Source: Bdellovibrionales bacterium
GTDB lineage: Bacteria > Bdellovibrionota > Bdellovibrionia > Bdellovibrionales > JAGQZY01
NCBI GenBank assembly: GCA_031426555.1
Contig: JANPLN010000021.1
Span: 1-17,316, forward strand
Length of the DNA stretch: 17,316 nt
Direction of reading: 5' to 3'
Shown piece by piece: positions 7,915 to 17,118 of the stretch. The first letter of the stretch is position 1, and each line of letters opens with the position of its first letter. The notes under the pieces are model-generated. The model was not told where the DNA came from and searched no databases. It worked only from the letters and a program-made list of their open reading frames with translations. A program made the translations under genes and the position numbers.

Positions 7915-8394
7915 CTAGTGAATTTTAAAAAAATCCAAAACCGTGCGTGTTTCGATAAGTCCTTCGATCAAATTGAAATATTTGTACTTGATAAATCTCG
8001 GAAGCAAACGGCACGACTCTGCGAACAGTTCTGAGTTTTTGCAATTTACGATGGACATTCCCACAATTCCAATGGAATCCCCTGATGGCGAAATGATAGG
8101 GGCTTTTGCGGTAAAAAGATGCAACGGTTTTCCAGTTTGACGGTCTTTCGCATCAAAGGCTCGCGTGTAAATGGACCGGGAGCTCAGTGCGTACTGATCG
8201 CTTTCCACCATTTGCGATGCCGTCGTAAGATCAAAAAGATCAAATGCAGTTCTGCCTAGCACGTGCGCGTGACTATGACTCATCACTTCGATGCCTTTGC
8301 GATTCATGGAAAGGTATTGGCCCCGCGGATTTTTTAAATAAACGGCGGTGTTAAACTGATCGAGGGTTGTAATCAAATTTTCGGGCTGTGGCAT
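7915..8394 (-). CDS. Stand-alone PAS domain protein (~159 aa)
   Basis: AVYLKNPRGQYLSMN...VLGRTAFDLF...KAPIISPSGDSIGIVGMS is a PAS/PAC pattern. No output domain. Confidence 0.85.
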   Translation of the reverse strand: MPQPENLITTLDQFNTAVYLKNPRGQYLSMNRKGIEVMSHSHAHVLGRTAFDLFDLTTASQMVESDQYALSSRSIYTRAFDAKDRQTGKPLHLFTAKAPIISPSGDSIGIVGMSIVNCKNSELFAESCRLLPRFIKYKYFNLIEGLIETRTVLDFFKIH

Positions 8395-8460
8395 AATTTT
8401 GAACACTAGCACTTGAAGAGTTTTCAGCGCACCTGTAAAGAGATCTTAGCGAGGTGCTTC

Positions 8461-10266
8461 ATGATTTTAGGTCTCCCCCAAGAACAGTTGTTTTTCATCG
8501 CTTTGATGAGCGTGGCCGTTTTTTTGTTTGTCACCGAGTACTTACGTGTGGATGTTGTGGCGGTGCTTATAATTTTAGCACTTGCGATCTCAGGTCTGAT
8601 CGACGCTAAAGAGGCCTTTTCGGGATTCTCCAGTGAACCAGCCATCATCGTGGCGGCGGTGTTTGTGTTGTCGGCAGGGCTTTCGTTCACCGGCGTCACC
8701 GATATTATTGGTGAATGGGTTTCAAAGCTTTCAGGCACCAGTGAGACTCGTGCGCTCATCGTGATTATGTTTTCGGTGGCGACGCTTTCGGCATTTACTC
8801 ACCACTTGATGGTCACGGCTATGATGCTGCCGATTATTATGAAAATCTGTAAAGACCAAAAGGATCTGCATGCATCGCGCTTATTGATTCCCATGGCTAC
8901 GGCGGCGTCCCTTGGAACCACACTCACGTTGATCGGCGCCCCCGCGTTTTTGCTGGCAAATAATATTATCAAACGCAGCGGTGAACCGCCTTTGAGTTTA
9001 TTTTCGGTGGGGCAGGTGGGTGGCCCTCTGGTGCTTGCGGGAATCATATTTTGTGTTCTTACACGCTGGATTCTGCCAAAAACCTCGGGCAACGATGATT
9101 TGGAAAACAGTTTCAAACTCAGCGATGTGGCCACCGAGCTTTTAGTTTTAGAAAAAAGCTCGTGGATTGGCAAAAAACTTCAGGAGTTGGTGGCGGCCAC
9201 CGAAAAGAATTTCAGTATAGTCACCTGGGCCAATAAAGCTCATCAGCGAAAAAACCGCGAGCTTGAAGCCCTGGTTGAAGAGGGTGACACGTTTGTTGTA
9301 CGCACAAATGCCGACGAACTTGTGTCCCACGATGATCGCCAGGGATTGGTTCTAAAAGCCCTGCAAAACTTCCACGTTGGCAATGCCCAGAAGACGAGTT
9401 TGCAAGGCGAGGAAAAACGTCTTTTAAAAGCTGTGATTTCGCCTAAGTCCGAATTTGCTGGTTTGACATTAGCGCAAATTAATTTTCCCAAGCGCTTTGG
9501 CGTGGCCGTTGTGGGTTTGTGGCGCCAAACGGGTTGGATTTCAAAAGGCATCGACGAAACCGTTGTGCTACCCGGGGATATGCTCGTGATGTGGGGACCA
9601 AAAGAAAATCTTGATGGGCTCAATCTGCAGCGCGGCTTTTTGATGTTTCTGCCATTTTACGGTCGCACTACGCGTCGGTCGAAAAGTAGAATCGCCACCG
9701 CCATCATGCTGGGCTCCATTGCGCTTTCGGCCTTTGGTGTGATGCCTGCGTACATCGCCTTTGTGCTGGGAGCCCTGTTGATGGTGCTCACCAAGTGCGT
9801 TGACCTAGAGCAAGCCTATGGCTCCATCGAAACCAAAATTTTTGTGATGATTGCGGGCGTGATTCCTTTAGGCATCGCCATGGAAAAAACGGGAGTGGAT
9901 CAACTGCTTGCGGATATTTTGTTAAAATACACGGGTGGGTGGGAGCCCCTTGCCATGCTGCTTGTGTTCTTTTGGATTGCTTCGCTGGTCACGCAGATTC
10001 TTTCCGATGCCGCGACCACCGTGCTTCTGGCTCCGGTGGCGGTGGCCTTTGCTAAGACCGCGTTGATCTCACCGACGGGAGCCGTGGTCTGTGTGACCAT
10101 GGGATCTGTGGCCTCGTTTTTAACCCCCATTGGCCACCACGGAAATTTATTGATCCTAAGTCCCGGTGGTTATAAGTTTTCCGACTTTTTAAAAATTGGC
10201 TTACCGCTGACGATTATTTTATCGGTAATTACTTGCTACATGAGTTTAAAAATCTGGGGCGGGTGA
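8461..10266 (+). CDS. SLC13/CitMHS-type permease with two TrkA-C domains
   Basis: AFSGFSS, LGTTLTLIG, two central soluble TrkA-C-like segments, ASFLTPIGH..GGYKFSDFLKIGLPL. ATG 8461 follows GAGGTG. Confidence 0.92.
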   Translation: MILGLPQEQLFFIALMSVAVFLFVTEYLRVDVVAVLIILALAISGLIDAKEAFSGFSSEPAIIVAAVFVLSAGLSFTGVTDIIGEWVSKLSGTSETRALIVIMFSVATLSAFTHHLMVTAMMLPIIMKICKDQKDLHASRLLIPMATAASLGTTLTLIGAPAFLLANNIIKRSGEPPLSLFSVGQVGGPLVLAGIIFCVLTRWILPKTSGNDDLENSFKLSDVATELLVLEKSSWIGKKLQELVAATEKNFSIVTWANKAHQRKNRELEALVEEGDTFVVRTNADELVSHDDRQGLVLKALQNFHVGNAQKTSLQGEEKRLLKAVISPKSEFAGLTLAQINFPKRFGVAVVGLWRQTGWISKGIDETVVLPGDMLVMWGPKENLDGLNLQRGFLMFLPFYGRTTRRSKSRIATAIMLGSIALSAFGVMPAYIAFVLGALLMVLTKCVDLEQAYGSIETKIFVMIAGVIPLGIAMEKTGVDQLLADILLKYTGGWEPLAMLLVFFWIASLVTQILSDAATTVLLAPVAVAFAKTALISPTGAVVCVTMGSVASFLTPIGHHGNLLILSPGGYKFSDFLKIGLPLTIILSVITCYMSLKIWGG

Positions 10267-10280
10267 GTTGGAAAAAATGT

Positions 10281-10573
10281 TTAGTGCAAACGCGGGAGCG
10301 TGAAGTAAAACGTGCTTCCTTCGCCCACTTTCGATTCAACCCAAAGTTGACCGGAATGGGCCTCGACTAACATTTTGGCAATGTAAAGCCCCAGACCCAA
10401 CCCGCATGTACAAAGCTTGGCCAAAAATTCTTCGCGAGTTGTTAGCGCTATCTTGGTTTTTGAGAGCCATGGGACTGAATCAACGAATCATTGGCCTTTT
10501 TTCGTTCGGCGTCGAGACTTTCGTCCGTTTGTTTCCGTTCGTCTTCGAGAAAAGGTTCGTTTTCAGTTTTCAT
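10281..10573 (-). pseudogene. Internally deleted, frameshifted histidine kinase remnant, paralogue of the neighbouring kinase
   Basis: Frame A (10573-10448): [31 protein letters not shown]... Frame B (to stop at 10281): [59 protein letters not shown] and G1 boxes are absent. Confidence 0.85.
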
Positions 10574-10633
10574 TGCGGACCCCTTCTTTTTTTCTTGCAT
10601 GGGAAAATATATGCACTTCTTTTATGCCCGGAG

Positions 10634-11419
10634 TCAAGGGCTTATAGGCATTGGAATTGTGAAATAGAATTGAGTTCCTTGGCCTATTTTTGACTCCACC
10701 CATATTTTTCCACCATGCGCCTCTAGGAGAGTCTTGGATATATAAAGACCTAAACCAAGTCCGGTACGATTTTTTGACTTTAATTGTTCGTAACGTTCAA
10801 ACACGGTGCTTATCTTTTCAGAAGGGATGCCAGGGCCCGTGTCGCAAACAGAAATCAGCACTGCGTTGTCCCTGACTTTTGTTCGAATAAGAACTGCTCC
10901 TTGTTCTGGCGTAAATTTAACGGCGTTGCTCAATAAATTTGAAAGGACTTGTAGAATCCTGTCTCGATCGCAAAAAACGTGGCCACACTTTTCGTCGGGA
11001 ATAAACTGCATTTCGATTTTTTTAACCGAAGCCATATGCAGGAAACTGTCCATAACGTCTCTGATGATACTTGCTAAGTGATTTTTCTCTGGGTGTATCT
11101 CGAGCTTACCATTGGCAATTCGCTCCATATCCAAGATATCACTAATCATCCTTAAACTTGTGTCTGCATTGCGCTTAATAAACCGCACCCAACCTTTAGT
11201 TTCGGGCCCCACCTTTTCGTTGGTGTCGCCCTTTAATACCATTTCTGCACATGAGGAAATCGCACCCAAGGGATTTTTTAAGTCATGGCTGACAATTGCT
11301 AAAAATCCTTCGAGGAGTGATAGCAATTCTTTGGTTTTTATATGCGATGCGATTTCTCTATCGAGAAGCACAACTGCATTTTCCTTGCTCTCATCCTCTA
11401 AAAAAGGTTTTTTTGTCAT
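10634..11419 (-). CDS. Cytoplasmic histidine kinase without a sensor domain (HisKA + HATPase)
   Basis: H-box VSHDLKNPL, N-box QVLSNLLSNAVKF, DTGPGI, GLGLGL. Only ~40 aa precede the H-box. Confidence 0.95.
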   Translation of the reverse strand: MTKKPFLEDESKENAVVLLDREIASHIKTKELLSLLEGFLAIVSHDLKNPLGAISSCAEMVLKGDTNEKVGPETKGWVRFIKRNADTSLRMISDILDMERIANGKLEIHPEKNHLASIIRDVMDSFLHMASVKKIEMQFIPDEKCGHVFCDRDRILQVLSNLLSNAVKFTPEQGAVLIRTKVRDNAVLISVCDTGPGIPSEKISTVFERYEQLKSKNRTGLGLGLYISKTLLEAHGGKIWVESKIGQGTQFYFTIPMPISP

Positions 11420-11656
11420 TGGATTCCCCCTTGAAACAAAGTTCCCCTATAAACTAAATAATATTTAGTTCTCTTAAAGGATAACATGTTTTATTGAGAG
11501 AATTAAAGTTAGGTTTCTCTTAATTACTAAGTAATATAAACAAATTAGAGCTATTTGTTTACAGTTGCAAAAAAGTTTTTCGTTTTTAACAACATTTATT
11601 TTTAAAACTGCATAAAAGTTCTTCGATTTTAGCAAGATTCTAAACGTGCCGGTTTT

Positions 11657-14401
11657 CTATTTTTGAAAATTTACATTTTTTCGAATCGTATCAATCAGTT
11701 CTTGCTTGTCGAGAGGCTTCGTCAAATGTCCGTTACAGCCCGAAGCCGTGGATCGTGCCCGCTCCTCTGCCATGGCGTGGGCCGTGAGGGCAAATATTGG
11801 TTTTTTGAAACCGGCCTTTCGTAGAGCCCGAGTCGCCTCGTAACCGTCCATTTCTGGCATCTGAATATCCATCAACACACAGTCAAAGATTCCGCCAATG
11901 GCTTTCCGGAACGCCTCAGCACCATTGTCTGCAGTTTCCACTTCGGCTCCTAAATTGGTAAGAATTCGACCAACTAAGAATAAATTTTCCTTGGCGTCAT
12001 CGGCAACAAGCACTCGAATACCAGCAAGAGTTTCGCTGCTGACCGTTGTACTCATTCCTTTATTTAAACGTCTTTGGCGGAAAGAGTTTAGTAGGGTGGC
12101 TTGGAATGAAATTACAAATGTACTACCTTGATCTGGATAACTTTCCCGAATAGAAATGTCTCCGTTCAACGCGTTGGCGAGCCTCTTAGAAAGGGCTAGT
12201 CCCAGTCCGGTGCCACCGTACTTTCTCGTCGTTGTATTGTCCGCCTGCATGAAGGGTTGAAAAAGTCGCATCTTCTGTTCGTCCGTCATTCCAATCCCTG
12301 TATCTTTAACTGTGATTTCGAGAACCACGTCCTCGTCTTTTTGTTTTAGACTTCGCACATCGATGATAACTCCACCATTAGTGGTAAACTTCACGGCGTT
12401 CCCGACAACATTGATTAAAATTTGTCGTAGTCTTGTCGGGTCGGATACGATTCTGCCCGGAGTATCACTTTCGAGATTGGCTCGAATATAAATAGACTTT
12501 GCGCGAGAGCGTTCACGGAATAGATCCATAACATCGTCAACGAGATCAAAAAGAGAAAACTCAACCTTCTCGATTTCGAGCTTTCCCGATTCAACTTTCG
12601 CTAAGTCCAAAATATCGTCGATAATTTTTGTTAGCGCCTTGCCGTTTCGCGAAATAGTATCTAAAAATTGCACTCGCTCGACGTTTCGGAGAGTATTATC
12701 CTTTAACAAGTCAGAAAATCCCAAAATTGCTCCAAGGGGTGTGCGGATCTCATGACTCATATTAGCTAAAAATGAAGATTTAAGCCGGTTAGCCGCTTCC
12801 GCTTCGGCCTTAGCCACCTCTAAACTGTCCATCAATTGCCGCTGCCGTTGTTCGTTTTCTGCTCGCTCTGTTACGTCAAGAATGATGGCCATTCGAACGC
12901 GTCGCCCATCGAGATTAAGATCGTGGGTCGAAGGTTCCACGAAAATCATCGAGCCGTCTTTTTTTAAATGCCGATAATTTTTGTGAATGTAAGTCTGGTT
13001 CCCATCATAGACTGCGCTCATTGCCTGTTTAAATCGTTCTTTGTCTTCCGGAGGTCGAATATCTGAGACCTTCATTTTCAAAAATTCTTCCCGCGTATAG
13101 CCGTAGTGTCGAACTGCGGTTTCGTTCACGTCCAGGAATTGCAGCGTTTCCAAATCAAAAGTCCATTTTGGTAAGGGACTGTTTTCAAAAAGCAGTTTAT
13201 AACGCTCATTGCTTTCGGTCAGTGCAATGGAAGCGACTTTTTGCTCGTGGATATCGAATACTGTTCCAGCGTAACCTAAGTAGTTACCTTCGCGATCGTA
13301 CCGTGGATTTCCCGCATCAATCGCCCACCGGTAATCGCCATTTTTTGTTTTTAATCTGTACTCAGCAGAGAAAGGTTTTTGCTGAGCATTTCCTTCGATA
13401 TAAATTTCTGCTGTTTTTTGTTTATCGTCGGGATGAGTTGCATCCAGCCACCCAAAGCCCAGCGCTTGCTCGGGTGTTTGTCCGGTATATTCATACCATT
13501 GACGGCTAAGATACGTACATGATCCATCCTTTTCTGTGATCCATAGAATGGCAGGCGAGACATCCACACTCCTTTCGAAATTAATTTGGAGATTTTTTTC
13601 ATCGGTGATATCCCAAACAATACCAGTGAGTCGAACTGGCTTTCCTGCGGAATCTTTTTCAGTTCGCGCACGAGCTTTGATCCAATGGAGGCTCCCATCC
13701 GGCCACAGAACTCGGCATTCTAAATCCATGTCGCCTTTATCATTTATTGCATCGAGATGTTTTTGTTCAACCATTTTACGATCATCAGGGTGAATGTGCT
13801 GCAAAGCGTGCTCTAGGGTCCAAACGCTTTGCGCTTGTGAATATCCAAAGCATTGATCGTGTTTCAACGAGCGGTAAGCTTGGCCCGTGATAAGATCCAA
13901 CTCCCATTCACCCATTTCTGCAGCCGAAAGGGCTAATTTCATTCGCGCTTCAGCGTCGTTAGATCGTAAAATAGCGTCACGAATCTCTTTTTGTGAATTT
14001 AAAAGTTCGGTGATTTCCTCTGTGCGATGGATAATATATTGAATTTTACCATCGTTGCCAACGATCGGAAAATTTCCAGGTCGCCAATATTTTTCGGTAA
14101 AGACTGTATCGCCCTGTTCGTCAGATTTTACGCTGTACTTAACAATGGGCATGATATCTGGCTCGCCAGTTTCTAAAACCCTTTCAAGCGATTTTTTCCA
14201 GATCTTGAATCCCGACGGATTGTTTGGATCGTCGGGAAGAACATCAAAAACGTAACGGCCGATGATGTCATCCCGATGGGTATTCGTTGCACGCTGAAGT
14301 TGCTCGCTGATAGCAACGAGGATCAGCTCGGGAGACAGAACTAAAAAAGCTCCCGGGATCCCGTTAAAAATGGTTTCAAAATTGGTCGACTGTTGGTGCA
14401 T
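11657..14401 (-). CDS. Soluble hybrid histidine kinase (4 PAS/PAC + HisKA + HATPase + REC)
   Basis: Four PAS/PAC blocks, MSHEIRTPL, NAVKFT, GGTGLGL, receiver VADD/LMDIQMP/TKP. ATG 14401 is preferred over GTG 14410. Confidence 0.95.
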   Translation of the reverse strand: MHQQSTNFETIFNGIPGAFLVLSPELILVAISEQLQRATNTHRDDIIGRYVFDVLPDDPNNPSGFKIWKKSLERVLETGEPDIMPIVKYSVKSDEQGDTVFTEKYWRPGNFPIVGNDGKIQYIIHRTEEITELLNSQKEIRDAILRSNDAEARMKLALSAAEMGEWELDLITGQAYRSLKHDQCFGYSQAQSVWTLEHALQHIHPDDRKMVEQKHLDAINDKGDMDLECRVLWPDGSLHWIKARARTEKDSAGKPVRLTGIVWDITDEKNLQINFERSVDVSPAILWITEKDGSCTYLSRQWYEYTGQTPEQALGFGWLDATHPDDKQKTAEIYIEGNAQQKPFSAEYRLKTKNGDYRWAIDAGNPRYDREGNYLGYAGTVFDIHEQKVASIALTESNERYKLLFENSPLPKWTFDLETLQFLDVNETAVRHYGYTREEFLKMKVSDIRPPEDKERFKQAMSAVYDGNQTYIHKNYRHLKKDGSMIFVEPSTHDLNLDGRRVRMAIILDVTERAENEQRQRQLMDSLEVAKAEAEAANRLKSSFLANMSHEIRTPLGAILGFSDLLKDNTLRNVERVQFLDTISRNGKALTKIIDDILDLAKVESGKLEIEKVEFSLFDLVDDVMDLFRERSRAKSIYIRANLESDTPGRIVSDPTRLRQILINVVGNAVKFTTNGGVIIDVRSLKQKDEDVVLEITVKDTGIGMTDEQKMRLFQPFMQADNTTTRKYGGTGLGLALSKRLANALNGDISIRESYPDQGSTFVISFQATLLNSFRQRRLNKGMSTTVSSETLAGIRVLVADDAKENLFLVGRILTNLGAEVETADNGAEAFRKAIGGIFDCVLMDIQMPEMDGYEATRALRKAGFKKPIFALTAHAMAEERARSTASGCNGHLTKPLDKQELIDTIRKNVNFQK

Positions 14402-14412
14402 CAATCCCACCT

Positions 14413-15474
14413 TTATTGGCAGACTTCGTTGCCCAATTGATTGCGCACGTGTTGGGCTTCGGCGCTGTCTTCACTGACAACAGTCAAAGAGGCTGAACCC
14501 GAAGGGCGCACAAGCGGCGTGTAGGAAAACTGGTTGACGATGGCTCCCGCGGACGTCTTCTGTAAATCCAAATGCGCGATGGCCGTGACGCGTTTTTCAA
14601 AAGCTCCTTGGCCCGCGACAAAATTCCCAAGGGAATAAATCACAAATCCATTTCGTCCATCATTCTTTGGGATCCACTCTGTTGTTTGTAAAACGTGGGG
14701 ATGGTTTCCGATGACGATAAGGGCTCCGGCTTCGATCCAGTTTTTCGCCCACTGTCTTTGCGTGCCGTTCGGGTTTGGTTTGTACTCAGCGCCCCAATGC
14801 GGAAAAACAATCACGGCATCGGTTTTTGGAGTCAGAGACTGGATCAGTTGCACTACTAAATCACTGGAACAAAGCACAACCTGGCTCATGCCATCTTCCC
14901 AGCCGTTTGTGCCCTCTGTGCAGGCAACAACACCGATTTTTAATCCACCAGCGCTGACCACTTTTCCTTCCCATGGTTCATTGCTTGTTCGTGTTCCCAC
15001 ATAGTCCAAATTGTATTTATTTAAATTCTGAATGGTTAAATCCATCCCAGCCGCGCCGCGATCCAACGCGTGATTGTTGGCGGTGGTTACGAGATCAAAG
15101 CCGCTATCTTTTAAATCTTCTGCAAGATACGGATGGAAATTAAAAATCATATCTGTGCCGGTATACACGCGTCCATCGTAGGTCCAGCCAGGATCTTTTG
15201 TTTGTCGGCCCCCGCGGAGTGTTCCTGGTGCCAGTGGTCCTTCTAAATTTCCAACAGTTAAATGGGCATCGGCTAAAATGGGATTGAGCTGACCCCAAAG
15301 TCCCATAAAACGTTGGTCGCTGGCCACGGCCACTTTATAGAGTGATTGGTGAATCAATATATCACCCACGGCATTGATACGCACGTTCCTCGCGGCTTTG
15401 CGGCAGGGCTCGGCGCTGGCAATTGATGTTAAGGCGAAAAAAGTTACAAAAAATAGAATCGTTTTGGATTTCAT
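14413..15474 (-). CDS. CapA (PGA_cap) family metallophosphoesterase, exported
   Basis: AVGDI, NLEGP, ANNHALD, PHWGAEY, GNHPHVLQ, YSLGNF. Signal peptide ends in ASA. Confidence 0.93.
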   Translation of the reverse strand: MKSKTILFFVTFFALTSIASAEPCRKAARNVRINAVGDILIHQSLYKVAVASDQRFMGLWGQLNPILADAHLTVGNLEGPLAPGTLRGGRQTKDPGWTYDGRVYTGTDMIFNFHPYLAEDLKDSGFDLVTTANNHALDRGAAGMDLTIQNLNKYNLDYVGTRTSNEPWEGKVVSAGGLKIGVVACTEGTNGWEDGMSQVVLCSSDLVVQLIQSLTPKTDAVIVFPHWGAEYKPNPNGTQRQWAKNWIEAGALIVIGNHPHVLQTTEWIPKNDGRNGFVIYSLGNFVAGQGAFEKRVTAIAHLDLQKTSAGAIVNQFSYTPLVRPSGSASLTVVSEDSAEAQHVRNQLGNEVCQ

Positions 15475-15652
15475 GGACACCTCGTTTAGTCCTGTTCTTA
15501 GCAGGATTGGTGCCCACTAATTTTTCGTTTCGCTGCGGCTGCAAGTGGGCTATGTTTGAGCTGAACGGAACTCGTGCTGGGGCCGTGATTTTTGGGTGGA
15601 TGTTTTTTGGACAAAGTGTGAAAGAGTTATAGGGACAACACGAGGAGCTTTT

Positions 15653-16504
15653 ATGTTTTTACTGATGATTCCAGTCCTTTTTTCATTCACATTTGCGCAC
15701 AGTTCGGACTGGCGCAGGCTCGAAGACGAAAACCTTTTGTATTTTGATTTCGGTAAAGGCCTTGTGGTCATCGAACTCGCTCCCGATTTTGCGCCGGAGC
15801 ATGTGAAGAATATTAAAAAGCTTATCAACGAAAAATATTGGGATGGTTTAGCCATCGTGCGGGTGCAAGATAACTACGTGGTCCAGTGGGGTGATCCCAA
15901 TGCTGAAAAACCAGAATTGAAGAAAAAAATTAAATCTGCAAAGGATACTCTGAAGCCTGAATTTGAGCGGTCGTATTCGGAGAGATTAGCCTTCACCGCT
16001 CTTCCCGATGCGGACACCTATGCTAAGGATGTTGGTTTTATCAAAGGTTTTCCAGTGGCGCGGGATAAGGATCTGCAAAAAATGTGGCTCACTCATTGTT
16101 ATGGAATGGTGGGTGTGGGTCGAAATAATCCCGCTGACAGCGGTGGTGGGGCCGAGCTCTACGTGGTGATCGGTCATGCTCCTCGGCATCTGGATCGCAA
16201 TGTGACGCTTGTGGGGCGTGTTGTTTTTGGCATGGAGTTGTTGTCGTCGCTTCCGCGCGGTACCGGGGCTATGGGGTTTTATGAAACGCCTGTCGAGCGT
16301 GTTGGGATTAAGTCCATGAGGCTTGGATCACAGGTTGCTAAGAAAGATCGCGTGGCTTTGGAGGCATTGAAGACGGACTCAGTTGAATTTAAGAAGCTGA
16401 TTGCGGTTCGGAGAGATCGTAAGGAGGAATGGTTTCATCATTCTGCTGGGCGGTTGGAGGTTTGTAATATGGTGTTGCCTGTGCGTCGGGTTGAGGGGAA
16501 GTAA
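15653..16504 (+). CDS. Exported cyclophilin-type peptidyl-prolyl isomerase
   Basis: IELAPDFAPEHV, RVQDNYVVQWGDP, HCYGMVGVGR, RHLDRNVTLVGRV. ATG 15653 follows GAGGAG and begins a signal peptide. Confidence 0.92.
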   Translation: MFLLMIPVLFSFTFAHSSDWRRLEDENLLYFDFGKGLVVIELAPDFAPEHVKNIKKLINEKYWDGLAIVRVQDNYVVQWGDPNAEKPELKKKIKSAKDTLKPEFERSYSERLAFTALPDADTYAKDVGFIKGFPVARDKDLQKMWLTHCYGMVGVGRNNPADSGGGAELYVVIGHAPRHLDRNVTLVGRVVFGMELLSSLPRGTGAMGFYETPVERVGIKSMRLGSQVAKKDRVALEALKTDSVEFKKLIAVRRDRKEEWFHHSAGRLEVCNMVLPVRRVEGK

Positions 16505-16684
16505 ATGGAAGTGGTTTTGTGTTGATTTTTGCGGGGTCTGCTGGCTCGCCTGCGGCTCGGGCGCTTGCCTTGCGAGATAAATCTCGCGCGGGGCGCGCAT
16601 GCTCCGCACTAAAAATCGCCACCGGCGTTTTTTAGCGCGGGCACAACTTCGGGTTATGACGGGGCTTCCACAATGACGCGAATA

Positions 16685-16709
16685 TCGGAGGTTCAAATCC
16701 TGCCCCCGC
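16685..16709 (+). repeat. Inverted partial copy of the tRNA-fMet T-arm/acceptor end
   Basis: aggttcaaatcctgcccccgc (16689-16709) is the exact reverse complement of 16779-16799. It extends to 25 nt with one mismatch. Confidence 0.85.
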
Positions 16710-16765
16710 CATCGCGGTTTGGTTATAATTCGGATTTATGGGATTTTACTGAGTTTGATTATTTA

Positions 16766-16821
<56 letters not shown>

Positions 16822-16924
16822 AAAATGATCAATTCTGAGTAGCGAGCCCAAAGCCAGTTTAATGATATTTAACAACAAATTTCAAGGAAATAGCGCTTTT
16901 ACTTCAACCAAGAAACACGGCATA

Positions 16925-16976
16925 TTTCGGCCTTTTTCGGTCGTTTTCGTCCACATGTGGACGAAAAATGGACGAA
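16925..16976. repeat. Perfect 24-bp palindrome with phased short direct repeats
   Basis: ttttcgtccacatgtggacgaaaa (16944-16967); TGGACGAA at 16958 and 16969; TTTCG(G/T) at 16925, 16935 and 16945. Confidence 0.85.
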
Positions 16977-17044
16977 GAATTTCAAAGCTATAAGGCAGGA
17001 TTGCCTAATTAGCGCGCTTCGACTCATAAGGAGACAAATAGTAA

Positions 17045-17095
17045 GGGTTATCCAGACTTACGTGTAATCCGTACTTCTGGTTTATCCGTACCCGT
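17045..17095 (+). repeat. Three tandem imperfect 17-bp repeats
   Basis: gggttatccagacttac / gtgtaatccgtacttct / ggtttatccgtacccgt, with ATCC cores at 17050, 17067 and 17084. Confidence 0.7.
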
Positions 17096-17118
17096 GATAT
17101 CTTACAAGAAAGGGATAT

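Noticed and set aside
10497..10503. A-AAA-AAG slippery heptamer (minus strand) as a programmed -1 frameshift joining the remnant's two frames
   Set aside because: A -1 shift here meets TGA two codons later, before the kinase-like segment.
10406..10693. + strand ORFs of 95 and 76 aa in the ORF track
   Set aside because: They are antisense shadows of the kinase remnant on the minus strand.
14413..15474. Poly-gamma-glutamate capsule locus
   Set aside because: No capB or capC nearby; stand-alone CapA-family proteins are widespread.
16379..16696. Minus-strand ORFs of 105 and 77 aa, and other short ORFs nested in long genes
   Set aside because: They overlap well-supported genes or hairpin DNA and show no recognisable motifs.
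16925..17095. CRISPR array
   Set aside because: The repeats are short, have no unique spacers, and no cas genes are present.
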